From Candidatus Omnitrophota bacterium (GTDB lineage: Bacteria > Omnitrophota > Gorgyraeia > Gygaellales > JAQTUX01), in NCBI GenBank assembly GCA_028707125.1, contig JAQTUX010000001.1, forward strand, positions 13,639 through 77,638: DNA of 64,000 nucleotides, read 5' to 3'. A program made the translations under genes and the position numbers. This document shows positions 25,542-35,016 of the stretch, one piece after another. Numbering within the stretch: position 1 is the first letter of the stretch; the number at the start of each line of letters is the position of its first letter. The notes under the pieces were generated by a model. The model saw only the letters and a list, made by a program, of their open reading frames with translations. It did not search any database and was not told the origin of the DNA.

Positions 25542-27002
25542 CTAAATATGCACCTCTCCTTTTGTCGCCCCTGCCTCCCATTTACCGACCCCCGCCATAA
25601 CGTCCTGGAAACACAACTTGGCGAGTATATCAAAATTGCTCTCCATGATACGGTTAATGCGCCCGGGTTTGGAGAAGAACTCGCGCATGCACCAAGAACC
25701 CAAACGGCCCAACTCTTCAATAGAAAGGTGGTCTGTGGGAATGACCGGATGAAGGAAATCCCAGGTGCTGAAGTCCACCTTCCTGGGGTCTATCCAGTTT
25801 TTCTTTAACGCTATCTTCCACATCGGAGAATTCGGAGCGGGGGTGACATATCCGACCCATAAGACATCCGGGTCAACTTCGTCGGTAAATTCATACCTTT
25901 GCTTGATTATCGCCTCCGTGTCATAGTCAAACCCCATCATGATATCGGCGACGATCGCGATATCGTTCTTGCGCAGTATCTCAATGGTCTTTTTGATCTG
26001 ATCTATCGTCGTGCCTTTAGCGATCCTCTTGAGCTCTTCCTGCGTGGTAACCTCTATCCCGAATACGCCCATAAACAGGCCCGTCTCTTTCATCAAAGGA
26101 AGGATAGATTCGCAATTCACCCAATCAACAGCCCTGCCTAAAGAGACCCATTTAATCGGTATGTTCTTTTTCTTCTTTAATTCACAGAACCTTTTTACGC
26201 GCGCGGGGTCAACATTAAAATTATCGTCCTGTATGACCACGACTTTAACGCCGTATTCTTTGTGCAAAACCTCCAGCTCTTCAATGACCCTCTCCGGGCT
26301 CTTGGCGCGCCATTTCAGGAAATCAGACGGCGAGCGCGGGTCGAACTGGTCCCATTCATAGCAGAAAGTACAGGCAGAAGGGCATCCCCGCGAAGTGATC
26401 ATATCGACAAACGGCTTCCAGTGGGTGTGGCCCACGTATTTATCCATGGGGAACAGATCGTATGCCGGAAGCGGCAGCTTATCCAGGTCAGCCATCAGCG
26501 CCTTATGCGGGCCCATTACGATCTTGCCGTTAATACGCGAGGTGACCCCGCCCACGCCTGACGGATCTTTTTTCTTATCTATAGCTTCGAGCAGATCCGC
26601 GAACGACTCCTCTTCACCCATAACCACAAAATCCACGGCGGAATTCTCCTCAAGCGTGGGAACAGGCATAGCCGAATACCATAATCCACCCAATATTATC
26701 TTTACATCGGGGAGCGCGGCCTTTATTCTTTGGGCTGCTTCTTTGAAGTGGCGTAAAACGCCGTAGCCGCCATAGCCATGTATCTGTTCGCCCATGACCA
26801 CAACATCGGGTTTCTTGGCCTTCACCTGTTCGATCAACTGGTCCATGGGTATTTCCAGGGCCCTGCCGTCAATAACCGCGACATCGCTGTATCCGCGCTC
26901 ACGCGCGAAACTGGCCCAATGCGCGTAGAGTTGATTCGGCGACCTGTGGATCCCGTGCGTTGCCCATGCCCCGACCTTCGGCATAACGAATAATATTTTC
27001 AT
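25542..27002 (-). CDS. B12-binding domain radical SAM protein (class B radical SAM, putative methyltransferase/tailoring enzyme)
   Basis: 486 aa with an N-terminal cobalamin-binding Rossmann domain (MKILFVMPKVGAW...VVVMGEQ) and a radical SAM CxxxCxxC motif (SRGCPSACTFC). Confidence 0.85.
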   Translation of the reverse strand: MKILFVMPKVGAWATHGIHRSPNQLYAHWASFARERGYSDVAVIDGRALEIPMDQLIEQVKAKKPDVVVMGEQIHGYGGYGVLRHFKEAAQRIKAALPDVKIILGGLWYSAMPVPTLEENSAVDFVVMGEEESFADLLEAIDKKKDPSGVGGVTSRINGKIVMGPHKALMADLDKLPLPAYDLFPMDKYVGHTHWKPFVDMITSRGCPSACTFCYEWDQFDPRSPSDFLKWRAKSPERVIEELEVLHKEYGVKVVVIQDDNFNVDPARVKRFCELKKKKNIPIKWVSLGRAVDWVNCESILPLMKETGLFMGVFGIEVTTQEELKRIAKGTTIDQIKKTIEILRKNDIAIVADIMMGFDYDTEAIIKQRYEFTDEVDPDVLWVGYVTPAPNSPMWKIALKKNWIDPRKVDFSTWDFLHPVIPTDHLSIEELGRLGSWCMREFFSKPGRINRIMESNFDILAKLCFQDVMAGVGKWEAGATKGEVHI

Positions 27003-27019
27003 ATTCTTGATCCTCCTCC

Positions 27020-27940
27020 CTATTTAAGGTTCAATATATCCGAAAAATTTTTGGACAAAACCTTCTCTTTTTCTTCTTCTTGTAATCCTGAATTTCGAAC
27101 AACATCAATAGAGCCCTGCAGGGCCCTGTTCGCCGGCCAGTCAGAGCCGAAAAGCATACGAGCGCTGCCTGACATTTCTAAGGCGCATTGTAAAACAGAG
27201 GCCGACTTGCAGCCGGATGTATCAATATAAATCCTGCTCAATATCTCAGAAGGCATCCCGCCTAAATCCTTAACGAGATTAATCCCGCGCAGCATATTGT
27301 AGGTCGTATCAAACCTCTCCTTGATAAACGGCAGCACCCCGCCAAAATGGGCAAATACGAATTTCAAGTCGGGGAATTTTGTAAATACCCCGGACATCAT
27401 AAGTTTACCCGCGCACATTGTCAGGTCAAAAACATATTCAATAACAGGGCCAAGCAGCGGGTCGTTAACGCGCTCTGAGCCGATGGGCTCTATGATCTGT
27501 GAATGCACAAAGATGGGTATCCTGTTCTTCCGGCAAAACTCATACACGCCAAAGAATATCTCCTCATCCAGATAAGCGCCGTTATAACTGGAGGCAAGAG
27601 ACAGGGCCTTCAGGCCCAGTTCCTTATACGCGCGCCTGCATTCCTTAAGCATCAACTCCGGCTCGCCGAAAGGCAGGATAAATGAGCCGATAAACCTGTC
27701 CGGATATTTCTTTACTATATCCGATACGCCGTTATTAAAAATAGCGGCTATACCCTGCCAGCCGCCTTCCGTATGCAGGTGCGCGTCCGTGGTAGGATAG
27801 GTAAGCAACGCCTTTTCTATGCCGGCTGCGCCCATCGCCTTGATCTGCGTCCCGATGTCTGACCAGGCAGGATGAAAGAACGAGGCGTTCTCTACTATCT
27901 CTTTCGGCAGCCAGTGCGAGTGGCCATCGTTTATGCTCAT
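27020..27940 (-). CDS. Amidohydrolase-2 family (TIM-barrel metal-dependent hydrolase/decarboxylase-like)
   Basis: 306 aa. The N-terminal HSHW metal-binding motif, internal VHSQ and C-terminal FGSDWP are typical of Amidohydro_2 (ACMSD-like decarboxylases/lactonases). Confidence 0.7.
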   Translation of the reverse strand: MSINDGHSHWLPKEIVENASFFHPAWSDIGTQIKAMGAAGIEKALLTYPTTDAHLHTEGGWQGIAAIFNNGVSDIVKKYPDRFIGSFILPFGEPELMLKECRRAYKELGLKALSLASSYNGAYLDEEIFFGVYEFCRKNRIPIFVHSQIIEPIGSERVNDPLLGPVIEYVFDLTMCAGKLMMSGVFTKFPDLKFVFAHFGGVLPFIKERFDTTYNMLRGINLVKDLGGMPSEILSRIYIDTSGCKSASVLQCALEMSGSARMLFGSDWPANRALQGSIDVVRNSGLQEEEKEKVLSKNFSDILNLK

Positions 27941-28719
27941 TTATCGGGATGCTCCTGCTTAAACGGTATCACCGGAGCGGTCCAGGGCGTCTGCTGGTTT
28001 ATCACCGCGATCTCCAGCGGACAGACGTTTGCCGGCACAGTCAGCGCAAACCTCACCGCGTTTTCTATGGCTTCGGTAGTCATAAGCCGCGAGGTATTGG
28101 CGGTCACCTCTTTCAGTTTACCGGTAAGGTCTGTGTCGGTCACGCCCGGCAGTATTGAGGTTATCTTGATGCCGTGGTCGCGCAGCTCCCAGAATAACCC
28201 CTTGGAGAACGCGCGCAGGCCTACCTTAAGCGAACTATAAACCAGAAAGTTCCTCGGCAAAGGGTCGCAGAGCGTTGAGCCGGATACCATGTTAATGATG
28301 GCGCCGGATTTATTTTTAATCATATCGTTGATAACTAAACGGATCATCCGTACATAACCTAAATAATTCGTGTGCACCAGGCGCTCAAAGTCCTCAAAGG
28401 GCTGTTTTTCAAAGGGGTATTGGCTGGAAACCCCGGCGTTGTTTATCAGGATATCTATCTTGCCGAATTTCTCTTTTGTCTTGTTCACCAGATTTTCCAG
28501 GTCCTCTAATTTAGTCACATCGCAAGGCACGGCCAGGACCTCTACCTTGTATTTCTTCGCCAGTTCCGCGGCGGTTTCCTTAAGCGGCCCCTCTCCGCGG
28601 GCGGCGAGGGCTAAATTAACGCCTAAACTTGCCGCGGTTGAGGCCAGTGCCTTACCTATGCCGCGGCTTGAGCCGGTAACTATGGCTGTCTTTCCTTTCA
28701 ACTCTGCGCTCATATTCAT
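27937..28719 (-). CDS. SDR-family oxidoreductase (3-ketoacyl-ACP/polyketide ketoreductase-like)
   Basis: It carries TGSSRGIG (TGxxxGIG), NNAG and the catalytic YxxxK (YSSLK). It overlaps its neighbours by 4 nt on both sides. Confidence 0.85.
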   Translation of the reverse strand: MNMSAELKGKTAIVTGSSRGIGKALASTAASLGVNLALAARGEGPLKETAAELAKKYKVEVLAVPCDVTKLEDLENLVNKTKEKFGKIDILINNAGVSSQYPFEKQPFEDFERLVHTNYLGYVRMIRLVINDMIKNKSGAIINMVSGSTLCDPLPRNFLVYSSLKVGLRAFSKGLFWELRDHGIKITSILPGVTDTDLTGKLKEVTANTSRLMTTEAIENAVRFALTVPANVCPLEIAVINQQTPWTAPVIPFKQEHPDK

Positions 28720-29162
28720 CTCCTGACTTTGGCTTCCTTTTCTATGACATCTTTAAATATCAGCAGGTTATCTTTGGAATGCTTATTAATAAAGCCCTCC
28801 ACCTGCTCATCGTTGAACTTCGCCTTATCGTCCATCTCAAAATGCTGTATCCAGGTCAGCAGGGTGCCTGCCTGCTTCGGCGTATAAAGCCAGACGATCT
28901 TCATATATTTAAAAGGGAATTTCGGCTCTTCTCTCTCGGAATAGGTAAAGTATTCATCTTTGAACAACAGCCGCCAGGACTGCCAGGACTTGCCTTCGTC
29001 ATCGGTAAGCCGGAAGGTGATCTTATTGCCTTCTCTTTTGAGCACCTCTGCCTTCTTGTATTCTCCTCCAAACAGCTCTGTCCAGCGTTCAATGTCGTTG
29101 GAGATCTCGAATATCCTGTCATAAGGCGCGTTGATCACGATCGAATTGCATGTATGCCCCAT
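28716..29162 (-). CDS. SRPBCC (Polyketide_cyc2/START-like) domain protein, putative polyketide cyclase/aromatase-like
   Basis: 148 aa with helix-grip-fold-like pattern (IVINAPYDRIFEISNDIERWTELF...), similar in size and organization to TcmN-type ARO/CYC domains. Confidence 0.55.
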   Translation of the reverse strand: MGHTCNSIVINAPYDRIFEISNDIERWTELFGGEYKKAEVLKREGNKITFRLTDDEGKSWQSWRLLFKDEYFTYSEREEPKFPFKYMKIVWLYTPKQAGTLLTWIQHFEMDDKAKFNDEQVEGFINKHSKDNLLIFKDVIEKEAKVRR

Positions 29163-29179
29163 AATTGTCCTCCTATGTT

Positions 29180-29977
29180 TTATAATATCGCTACGACGCG
29201 CGCCCAGGCAGCGCCGGCGTCTTTGATCTTAACCGGAAAACACGCCACCTTAAAACCCGACGCCGGCAATTCATCCAAATTGGCCAGCCGCTCAATGTGC
29301 GCGTATTCCCGTTTTCTGCCGAAAAAGTGCGCCGGCCATAAATGCCTCGCGTCATGGGTGCGCGTAAAATCAGCCATCATGAATTTATACGGCCGGTCAA
29401 AGCCCAAAGTGTCGATGCCCACTATCTTCACTCCCGCGTCCAATAAATACCCTATGGCCGCGGGATCTACTCCGGGATAATTCGTCAAATATTCTTTTGA
29501 GCCGAAAAATTTATCCGCCCCCGTATGCAGCAATACGATATCGCCGGACTTAAGTTGATAATTTATCTTTTCCAGGGCAAAACGCGCGTCGTTCTTGGAT
29601 ATGACCTCTCCCGGTTTCTTGTCGGTGAAATCCAGGACCACCCCGTCGGAAAGGCACCATTCCAAAGGAAGCTCATTTATTGTCTTTGACGGCCTTCCCT
29701 GCGACTGGCTGCCGTAATGGAACGAGTAATCAATGTGCGTGCCGATATGCACCGGAGAATGCACTGTCTCAAGCGAGAGGAATTCTCCATCAGGCAGGTC
29801 TGATGGCTTTATGACCCTTTTGCCGAAAAGAAAATCCAGACGGCCCTTAAGCGTCCTTTTCATCATTACCCAGTTAAGATGGCGCACCCCGGGCTTATGC
29901 CCCAGCCGCTCGATCCAGAAAGGATGGACCTCGGGAGCGCTGTCGTCAATGGATATGCTTAAATCTATTATGTTCAT
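29180..29977 (-). CDS. Cyclase-family protein (pfam04199; kynurenine formamidase/polyketide cyclase-like)
   Basis: It has the HxGTHxDxxxH metal-binding motif (VHSPVHIGTHIDYSFHY) typical of the putative-cyclase family. Confidence 0.75.
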   Translation of the reverse strand: MNIIDLSISIDDSAPEVHPFWIERLGHKPGVRHLNWVMMKRTLKGRLDFLFGKRVIKPSDLPDGEFLSLETVHSPVHIGTHIDYSFHYGSQSQGRPSKTINELPLEWCLSDGVVLDFTDKKPGEVISKNDARFALEKINYQLKSGDIVLLHTGADKFFGSKEYLTNYPGVDPAAIGYLLDAGVKIVGIDTLGFDRPYKFMMADFTRTHDARHLWPAHFFGRKREYAHIERLANLDELPASGFKVACFPVKIKDAGAAWARVVAIL

Positions 29978-29980
29978 TGC

Positions 29981-30214
29981 CTATGCCTTTTTTGAGCCAA
30001 TTATGGCGGCGATGTCCTTGATGGACTGGAATTTGCTGATCTCCTTCTCATCCAATTTTACACCAAACTCCTTCTCTAAAGCAATACGTATCTCCACCAT
30101 TTCGGTTGAGTCAACTCCGATGCCTTCGTAAAGTTTCGCGCCTGTGTCAATATTGGCGTTCCTGAGCCCCAGCAATTTTACTATCATGTCTTTTACTTGC
30201 GTCTCAATCTCCAT
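29981..30214 (-). CDS. Acyl carrier protein
   Basis: 77 aa. GVDSTEMVEIRIALEKEFGV has the phosphopantetheine-attachment Ser in a DSx motif at the start of helix II. Confidence 0.8.
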   Translation of the reverse strand: MEIETQVKDMIVKLLGLRNANIDTGAKLYEGIGVDSTEMVEIRIALEKEFGVKLDEKEISKFQSIKDIAAIIGSKKA

Positions 30215-30224
30215 AGATACCCTC

Positions 30225-31460
30225 CTATGCCTTCTTTAATATCAATGCCGAGTTGATGCCGCCCCTGCCGCGGGAAATAACCAGGGCGTTATTGATCTCC
30301 CGGGCAACGCCTTTATCTCTGATAAAATTCAGGTCCGCTCCCTTAACCGGCTCCTTCAGGTTTACCATCGGAGGAAGCATGCTGTTTTCCATGGCCAGTA
30401 TGGTGATTATAATGTCAACCGCGCCGGAGGCGCCCAGAAGATTACCCAGCATGGTCTTTGGCGCGCTTACCGGAATGGTTGCCGCTTTCTCGGCGAATAC
30501 ATCCTTTATGGCATTGATCTCGCTTGTGTCGCCGTCAACAGTAGCCGCTCCGTCAAGGCAAATGTAATCTATTTCCCGCGGCTTGATGCCGGCGCCTTGA
30601 AGCGCTATCTTTATGGCGCGCGCAAGCTGCCTGCCTGAGGCGTCCGCCTTTATCCTGTCTACCCCGTCGCAGGTCGCCCCGTATCCGGACACATACGCGC
30701 TGATATGCGCTCCTCTTTTTCTGGCGCGCTCTTCGCTTTCCATGATCATAATGCCGGCGCCCTCGCCTATGACAAAACCGTCCCGCTTTTCATCAAACGG
30801 CCTGTATGCCGCCTGCGGATCGGCGTTATTCGCGCTTAAGGCGCCGTAGCTGTTGCAGCATAACAGCGCGTAAGGCGTAACCGGCGCCTCCATTCCTCCG
30901 GCGAGGATAAAATCCAGCCGGTCTTTTTCCAGCGTCTTTTTGGCATAGCCGATGGCCATGAGGGAGGAGGCGCGGTCAGAGACGACCGTCTTGGAAAACC
31001 CCTTTATGCCGTAATAGATGGAAACCTGCCCCTGCGGCGCGGCAGGGAACCAGGCAGATGCCATATACGGGCTGACGCCTTCGCGGCCCTCCATATACAG
31101 ATCGCGCAGCTCTGTTTCGGCGTAAAGCCAGCCGCCGATGGCGTTGCCCATGAATATCCCTATATTATTGGGGTTTTCCTTTTGCACGTCTATCTTCGCG
31201 TCCTGAAGCGCCTGTTCTGAGGCGATCAGGGCAAGATGGGAAAAGGTGTCTATTTTTTTCAGCAGGCGTTCCGATAGATGAGAATAGGCATCCAGGTCTT
31301 CGATCTGCCCGGCGATACGCGAGGGATATTTTGAGGCGTCAAACCTGGTGATGGCGCGCACGAATGAACGGCCGTTCTTGATATTCGCCCAGAAAGGCCG
31401 CTTGCCCGTGCCTGCGGGCGCGACAATACCTATGCCTGTAACCACTATCCTCTTCATCAT
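30225..31460 (-). CDS. Ketosynthase beta / chain-length-factor-like subunit (KS fold lacking catalytic Cys and His residues)
   Basis: 411 aa with a thiolase/KAS fold. At the active-site position the sequence is VVSDRASSLMAIGYA instead of TGC(T/S)SGLDA. The HGT and GH motifs are replaced by DGAAT and GN. The start overlaps the upstream KS gene by 4 nt. Confidence 0.8.
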   Translation of the reverse strand: MMKRIVVTGIGIVAPAGTGKRPFWANIKNGRSFVRAITRFDASKYPSRIAGQIEDLDAYSHLSERLLKKIDTFSHLALIASEQALQDAKIDVQKENPNNIGIFMGNAIGGWLYAETELRDLYMEGREGVSPYMASAWFPAAPQGQVSIYYGIKGFSKTVVSDRASSLMAIGYAKKTLEKDRLDFILAGGMEAPVTPYALLCCNSYGALSANNADPQAAYRPFDEKRDGFVIGEGAGIMIMESEERARKRGAHISAYVSGYGATCDGVDRIKADASGRQLARAIKIALQGAGIKPREIDYICLDGAATVDGDTSEINAIKDVFAEKAATIPVSAPKTMLGNLLGASGAVDIIITILAMENSMLPPMVNLKEPVKGADLNFIRDKGVAREINNALVISRGRGGINSALILKKA

Positions 31461-32719
31461 TTACTCCATCTTTTTAACACAAGCGAAGAATGTATGCCGG
31501 AAAAGCCGCTTGCGGTTTTTAAAATAGTATCCACCCTTTTTTCCATCGCCTTATTGGGAATATAATTCAGGTCGCACTGCGGGTCCGGCTCCTCCTGATT
31601 TATCGTCGGAGGCAGGATATTCTTTTCAAATATCTGCGCGCATACCGTCAACTCCACGGCGTTGGCCGCCGCCAGAGGATGCCCGATCATCGATTTGAAC
31701 GAACTGATGGGAAGTTTATACGCGTAATCGCCGAATATCGTCTTGTAGGCTCCGGTCTCAAAGATATCGTTCATCCTTGTGGATGAGCCGTGGGCGTTTA
31801 TGTAGTCGATCTCCCGCGGCTTGACCTTCGCGTCCTTCAGCGCCATCTTTATGCAAGTAGACATCGCCTCCCCGTCTTGGGGCAGGTCGGTCATATGAAA
31901 GGCGTTGCAGCTTGAGCCGAATCCCGTGATCTCGCAGTATATATGTGCCCCGCGGTTTTTGGCGTGTTCCAGTTCTTCCAGTATCAAAACCCCGGCGCCC
32001 TCTGAAAGCACGAACCCGTCGCGCTTGTTATCAAACGGCCGCGACGCCTTTTCCGGCTGGTCATTGCGGTTGGACAATACGCTGACCACGTCAAAGGCCC
32101 CGAACGTAATAGGGGTAAGCGGCGCCTCTGCCGCGCCGGCGATCAAGACATCCGCTTCGCCGTCCCTTATCGCCTCAAAGGCAAAACCCACCGCGTCCGT
32201 GCCGGCGGTGCAGCCGGTAGAAAGGGTTTCACACAAGCCGTTCAGATGATAGCGCGCCGATATCTCGCTTGAAGGCGTATTGAACATCGCCGCGTCGTAG
32301 AGAACGTCGCTTGCCTTGGCAGGGTCGATCGGCTCTTTGCCGTGGTTTGTCACGCGCAGGAACTCCTCTTCCATATATTTGGTGCCGCAGATGGCGTTTG
32401 CCAGAACCACGCCTATCTGCTCAAGATTTTCTTTCTTAAAGTCCAGTTCTGAATCCTCAACCGCCATTTTGGCGCAGGTTACGCCGAACTGCACGTAGCG
32501 GTCCATCCTCGCCGCCTCCTGCCTGGTCAACCCCAGCTTTACGGGGTCAAATTCGTAGCAATATGCCGCGATCCGGGAATGGAACATTGAGACGTCAAAC
32601 ATGTCCACCTTTCTCACGGCGGACTTTCCCCGCGACATACCCTGCCAGACCCCGTCCTTGCCTATGCCGTTGGGTGATATGCAGCCGATGCCTGTAACAA
32701 CTACGCGCCTATTCTTCAT
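31457..32719 (-). CDS. Beta-ketoacyl synthase, type II PKS KS-alpha-like (active)
   Basis: 420 aa. The active-site LSTGCTAGTDAVGFA resembles the type II PKS KS-alpha TGCTSGLDA motif. His-His (NAHGSST ... KSMIGHPLAAA) is conserved. Confidence 0.85.
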   Translation of the reverse strand: MKNRRVVVTGIGCISPNGIGKDGVWQGMSRGKSAVRKVDMFDVSMFHSRIAAYCYEFDPVKLGLTRQEAARMDRYVQFGVTCAKMAVEDSELDFKKENLEQIGVVLANAICGTKYMEEEFLRVTNHGKEPIDPAKASDVLYDAAMFNTPSSEISARYHLNGLCETLSTGCTAGTDAVGFAFEAIRDGEADVLIAGAAEAPLTPITFGAFDVVSVLSNRNDQPEKASRPFDNKRDGFVLSEGAGVLILEELEHAKNRGAHIYCEITGFGSSCNAFHMTDLPQDGEAMSTCIKMALKDAKVKPREIDYINAHGSSTRMNDIFETGAYKTIFGDYAYKLPISSFKSMIGHPLAAANAVELTVCAQIFEKNILPPTINQEEPDPQCDLNYIPNKAMEKRVDTILKTASGFSGIHSSLVLKRWSK

Positions 32720-32725
32720 GTCTGC

Positions 32726-33310
32726 CTACTCCACTCTGGTTGCCCTGAACCTGACATTGCCTCCGTCAGGGCAGGTAATGGTGTTCAAAGAGTTCTCATC
32801 TTCCATAAAGGAAAATTTTGCCCCGAAATTAAGCGCGAACAAAACGGGAAACAGGGTATGGAACGCCGCCCCGCAGAAATTCGGAATGGTGCGCAGGCCC
32901 GTGGTCTCCCATTTATCTCCCGCCTTATAACCATAGAAGCATTTGCCGGTGACCTCCTCCACGCTGATTATCATTTTCCTGGGGCTGGGGCCTTTGTGAT
33001 CGGGATTCTTAGGCACAACCTCAACCTTGCCCGCGTCATCAAGGACCTCGGTAAAAAACTCCAGTTTCCCGCCGTCGGGGCAGGTCGTATGCATAGAACG
33101 TTGGTTCTGCTCAAAAGGGAATTTAGCGCCAAAAGTCAAGGCGTAGCAGGGCGCGAACACCGAATGCGCCATCCCCAGGCAAAAATGCTTGGGCGGATGC
33201 GTGAAATCATCAAGTATCAGCTGGTCGCCGACCTTATAATTATGGTAACAATACCCGCCTTGTTTGGTAACGGTCAATCTTAACTTGGGAAACTTTACCC
33301 TGCTTTCCAT
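32726..33310 (-). CDS. Tandem-duplicated Cys-rich protein of unknown function (2 x ~95-aa repeat ending in TCPDGG)
   Basis: 194 aa. Repeat 1 (GGYCYHNYKVGD...FCLGMAHSVFAPCYALTFGAKFPF...TCPDGGKLEF) and repeat 2 (GKCFYGYKAGD...FCGAAFHTLFPVLFALNFGAKFSF...TCPDGGNVRF) share conserved Cys/His positions. Confidence 0.4.
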   Translation of the reverse strand: MESRVKFPKLRLTVTKQGGYCYHNYKVGDQLILDDFTHPPKHFCLGMAHSVFAPCYALTFGAKFPFEQNQRSMHTTCPDGGKLEFFTEVLDDAGKVEVVPKNPDHKGPSPRKMIISVEEVTGKCFYGYKAGDKWETTGLRTIPNFCGAAFHTLFPVLFALNFGAKFSFMEDENSLNTITCPDGGNVRFRATRVE

Positions 33311-34296
33311 ATCTTCTCCTTGATCTGCTCTTTGGTGAGAAATCCGCCTGTCTTCTCTACCCTATGCACAAGTTCAACTAATTTTTTATTCAGCGGCGCG
33401 GGAACGCCGGTTTTCTCTGCTACGTCCGCTATCTGGCCGTTGATATAGTCAATTTCAGACGGCCTGCCCCGTTTAATGCTCTGCAATATTGAGCCATGGA
33501 GCGGCTCACTGCTCAATTTGGTCATAATGCCGGAAAATATCGCGGCTGCCTTATCAACAGGCATAAACGCGAGGCCGCGCGCCTTGTCAATATCAAAACC
33601 AGGCAGCGCGCCAGGTTTTATGCCTGCCCTGTCAACTGCCTCAAACGCTTCTTTCTGAAGCGCCAGCGCGAGCTTACACATCTCAATATCGGAAAACACC
33701 TCCTGCATACTCAGGCCGCAGAGCGCGGGAACGCAATTGTTGAGATTCACGAATAATTTTGTCCACTTCTGCGCCACAATATCGCTGCTCTGAACAATCT
33801 CAAAAGCAGAAGACAGCTCATCGGTTATTGTCTGTACTATTGTGCCGTTGGCGCCATAGGGTTTACCAACTATCCACTTGCCTTCAAAATTATGCACGAT
33901 CGCGCCGGCTTTAAGATATGTCGCTCCGAACATAACTATGCTTGATATGATGTTATCCCGGCCGATGAACCCCGAAATAATTTCGTCCGCCTTTACGCCG
34001 TTTTGCGTAGTCAGAACGGTTGTGTCTCTGAAATAATCTTTGTTCTGGCTATATGCCTCTTCTATATCCTGCGTCTTTGTGGCAAGGATGATCAGGTCCG
34101 CGCGGCTGCCAAGGCGTGTGCCTGCATCAAGATCGATCCGTAGGTCTCCGCGCGCGCCGCTTACCTTCAGGCCGCCATTCTTGATCGCCTCAACCTGGTC
34201 AGCCCGTCCGATCAAACAGACGTCTTTGCCCTTCTGCTTAAGATAGGCGGCAACCAGCCCGCCGATCGCTCCTGCCCCTATTACGGCTATTTTCAT
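33295..34296 (-). CDS. Ketopantoate reductase (ApbA/PanE)-family NAD(P)-dependent oxidoreductase
   Basis: N-terminal Rossmann motif MKIAVIGAGAIGGLVAAYL and a C-terminal ApbA_C-like helical domain. Confidence 0.75.
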   Translation of the reverse strand: MKIAVIGAGAIGGLVAAYLKQKGKDVCLIGRADQVEAIKNGGLKVSGARGDLRIDLDAGTRLGSRADLIILATKTQDIEEAYSQNKDYFRDTTVLTTQNGVKADEIISGFIGRDNIISSIVMFGATYLKAGAIVHNFEGKWIVGKPYGANGTIVQTITDELSSAFEIVQSSDIVAQKWTKLFVNLNNCVPALCGLSMQEVFSDIEMCKLALALQKEAFEAVDRAGIKPGALPGFDIDKARGLAFMPVDKAAAIFSGIMTKLSSEPLHGSILQSIKRGRPSEIDYINGQIADVAEKTGVPAPLNKKLVELVHRVEKTGGFLTKEQIKEKIWKAG

Positions 34297-34769
34297 CTCT
34301 TCTCGCTATACGCCTTAAGATTATCTAAAATGTTTTCCAGATTCCTGTCGTGTAATCCGCGAAAGACAAGTTTCCATAAGATCTTATTGGCCCATCCCCT
34401 GACCTTAAACAGCATCTCGTATTCCACCTTTACCTTATGGCAGCACATCTGCTTTAAAGAAACTGTTTCCATGCCCTCTAAAAATCCGTCTTTAAATTTG
34501 CGCGTTATGCTTTCGCCTTGCTTGATCTCAGAGACCGCTGCTTTCCACGACGGGCCGAACGGAAGCGCTACCTTCTGTATATACTCGCTGCCTTCTCGAA
34601 CAGGGCCGTCCGTGGTTTTGCTGAACCTCATCAAGGAATTCTCAGGCCACCATCCGGCCTCTCCCCACCTGACTATTTCAAGGAACAGCCCTTCAATCCC
34701 CGCCTCAATTATCCTGGCGTGATAATTGGAATAATATTTATTTGCCGAAACCATATTTAGCGTAATCAA
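34293..34769 (-). CDS. SRPBCC/Polyketide_cyc2-like domain protein
   Basis: 158 aa with a helix-grip-like pattern; weaker match than 28716..29162. Confidence 0.45.
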   Translation of the reverse strand: MITLNMVSANKYYSNYHARIIEAGIEGLFLEIVRWGEAGWWPENSLMRFSKTTDGPVREGSEYIQKVALPFGPSWKAAVSEIKQGESITRKFKDGFLEGMETVSLKQMCCHKVKVEYEMLFKVRGWANKILWKLVFRGLHDRNLENILDNLKAYSEKR

Positions 34770-35007
34770 TGCCTACCGCATCAAGTATCTTCTTCATCGG
34801 GGCGGCAAACGCCGCCGGCACGCCCATAAACATCGCCTTGACCACATCAACCTCCTCTATCAGCGCGCTGCCGCGCTCCGTAGCGTAAAGTTGCGCGCTT
34901 TCCCTGATGGATCCTTCGGCAATGCTCCTGTGGAACAGGGATATCTTATTGATGATCTGCCTGAATTTATCTTCTATGCCTTTTTCCCAAACCAGCTTAT
35001 CAGCCAT
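34738..35007 (-). CDS. Small PCP_red-like domain protein (hypothetical)
   Basis: 89 aa. LVWEKGIEDKFRQIINKISLFHRSIAEGSIRESAQLYATERGSALIEEVDVVKAM resembles the stand-alone C-terminal domain of protochlorophyllide reductase subunit B (PCP_red). Confidence 0.35.
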   Translation of the reverse strand: MADKLVWEKGIEDKFRQIINKISLFHRSIAEGSIRESAQLYATERGSALIEEVDVVKAMFMGVPAAFAAPMKKILDAVGIDYAKYGFGK

Positions 35008-35016
35008 AAACCCTCC

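Noticed and set aside
28779-29480. 233-aa plus-strand ORF spanning the SRPBCC and cyclase genes
   Set aside because: Antisense to two well-supported minus-strand genes, and it crosses their intergenic gap.
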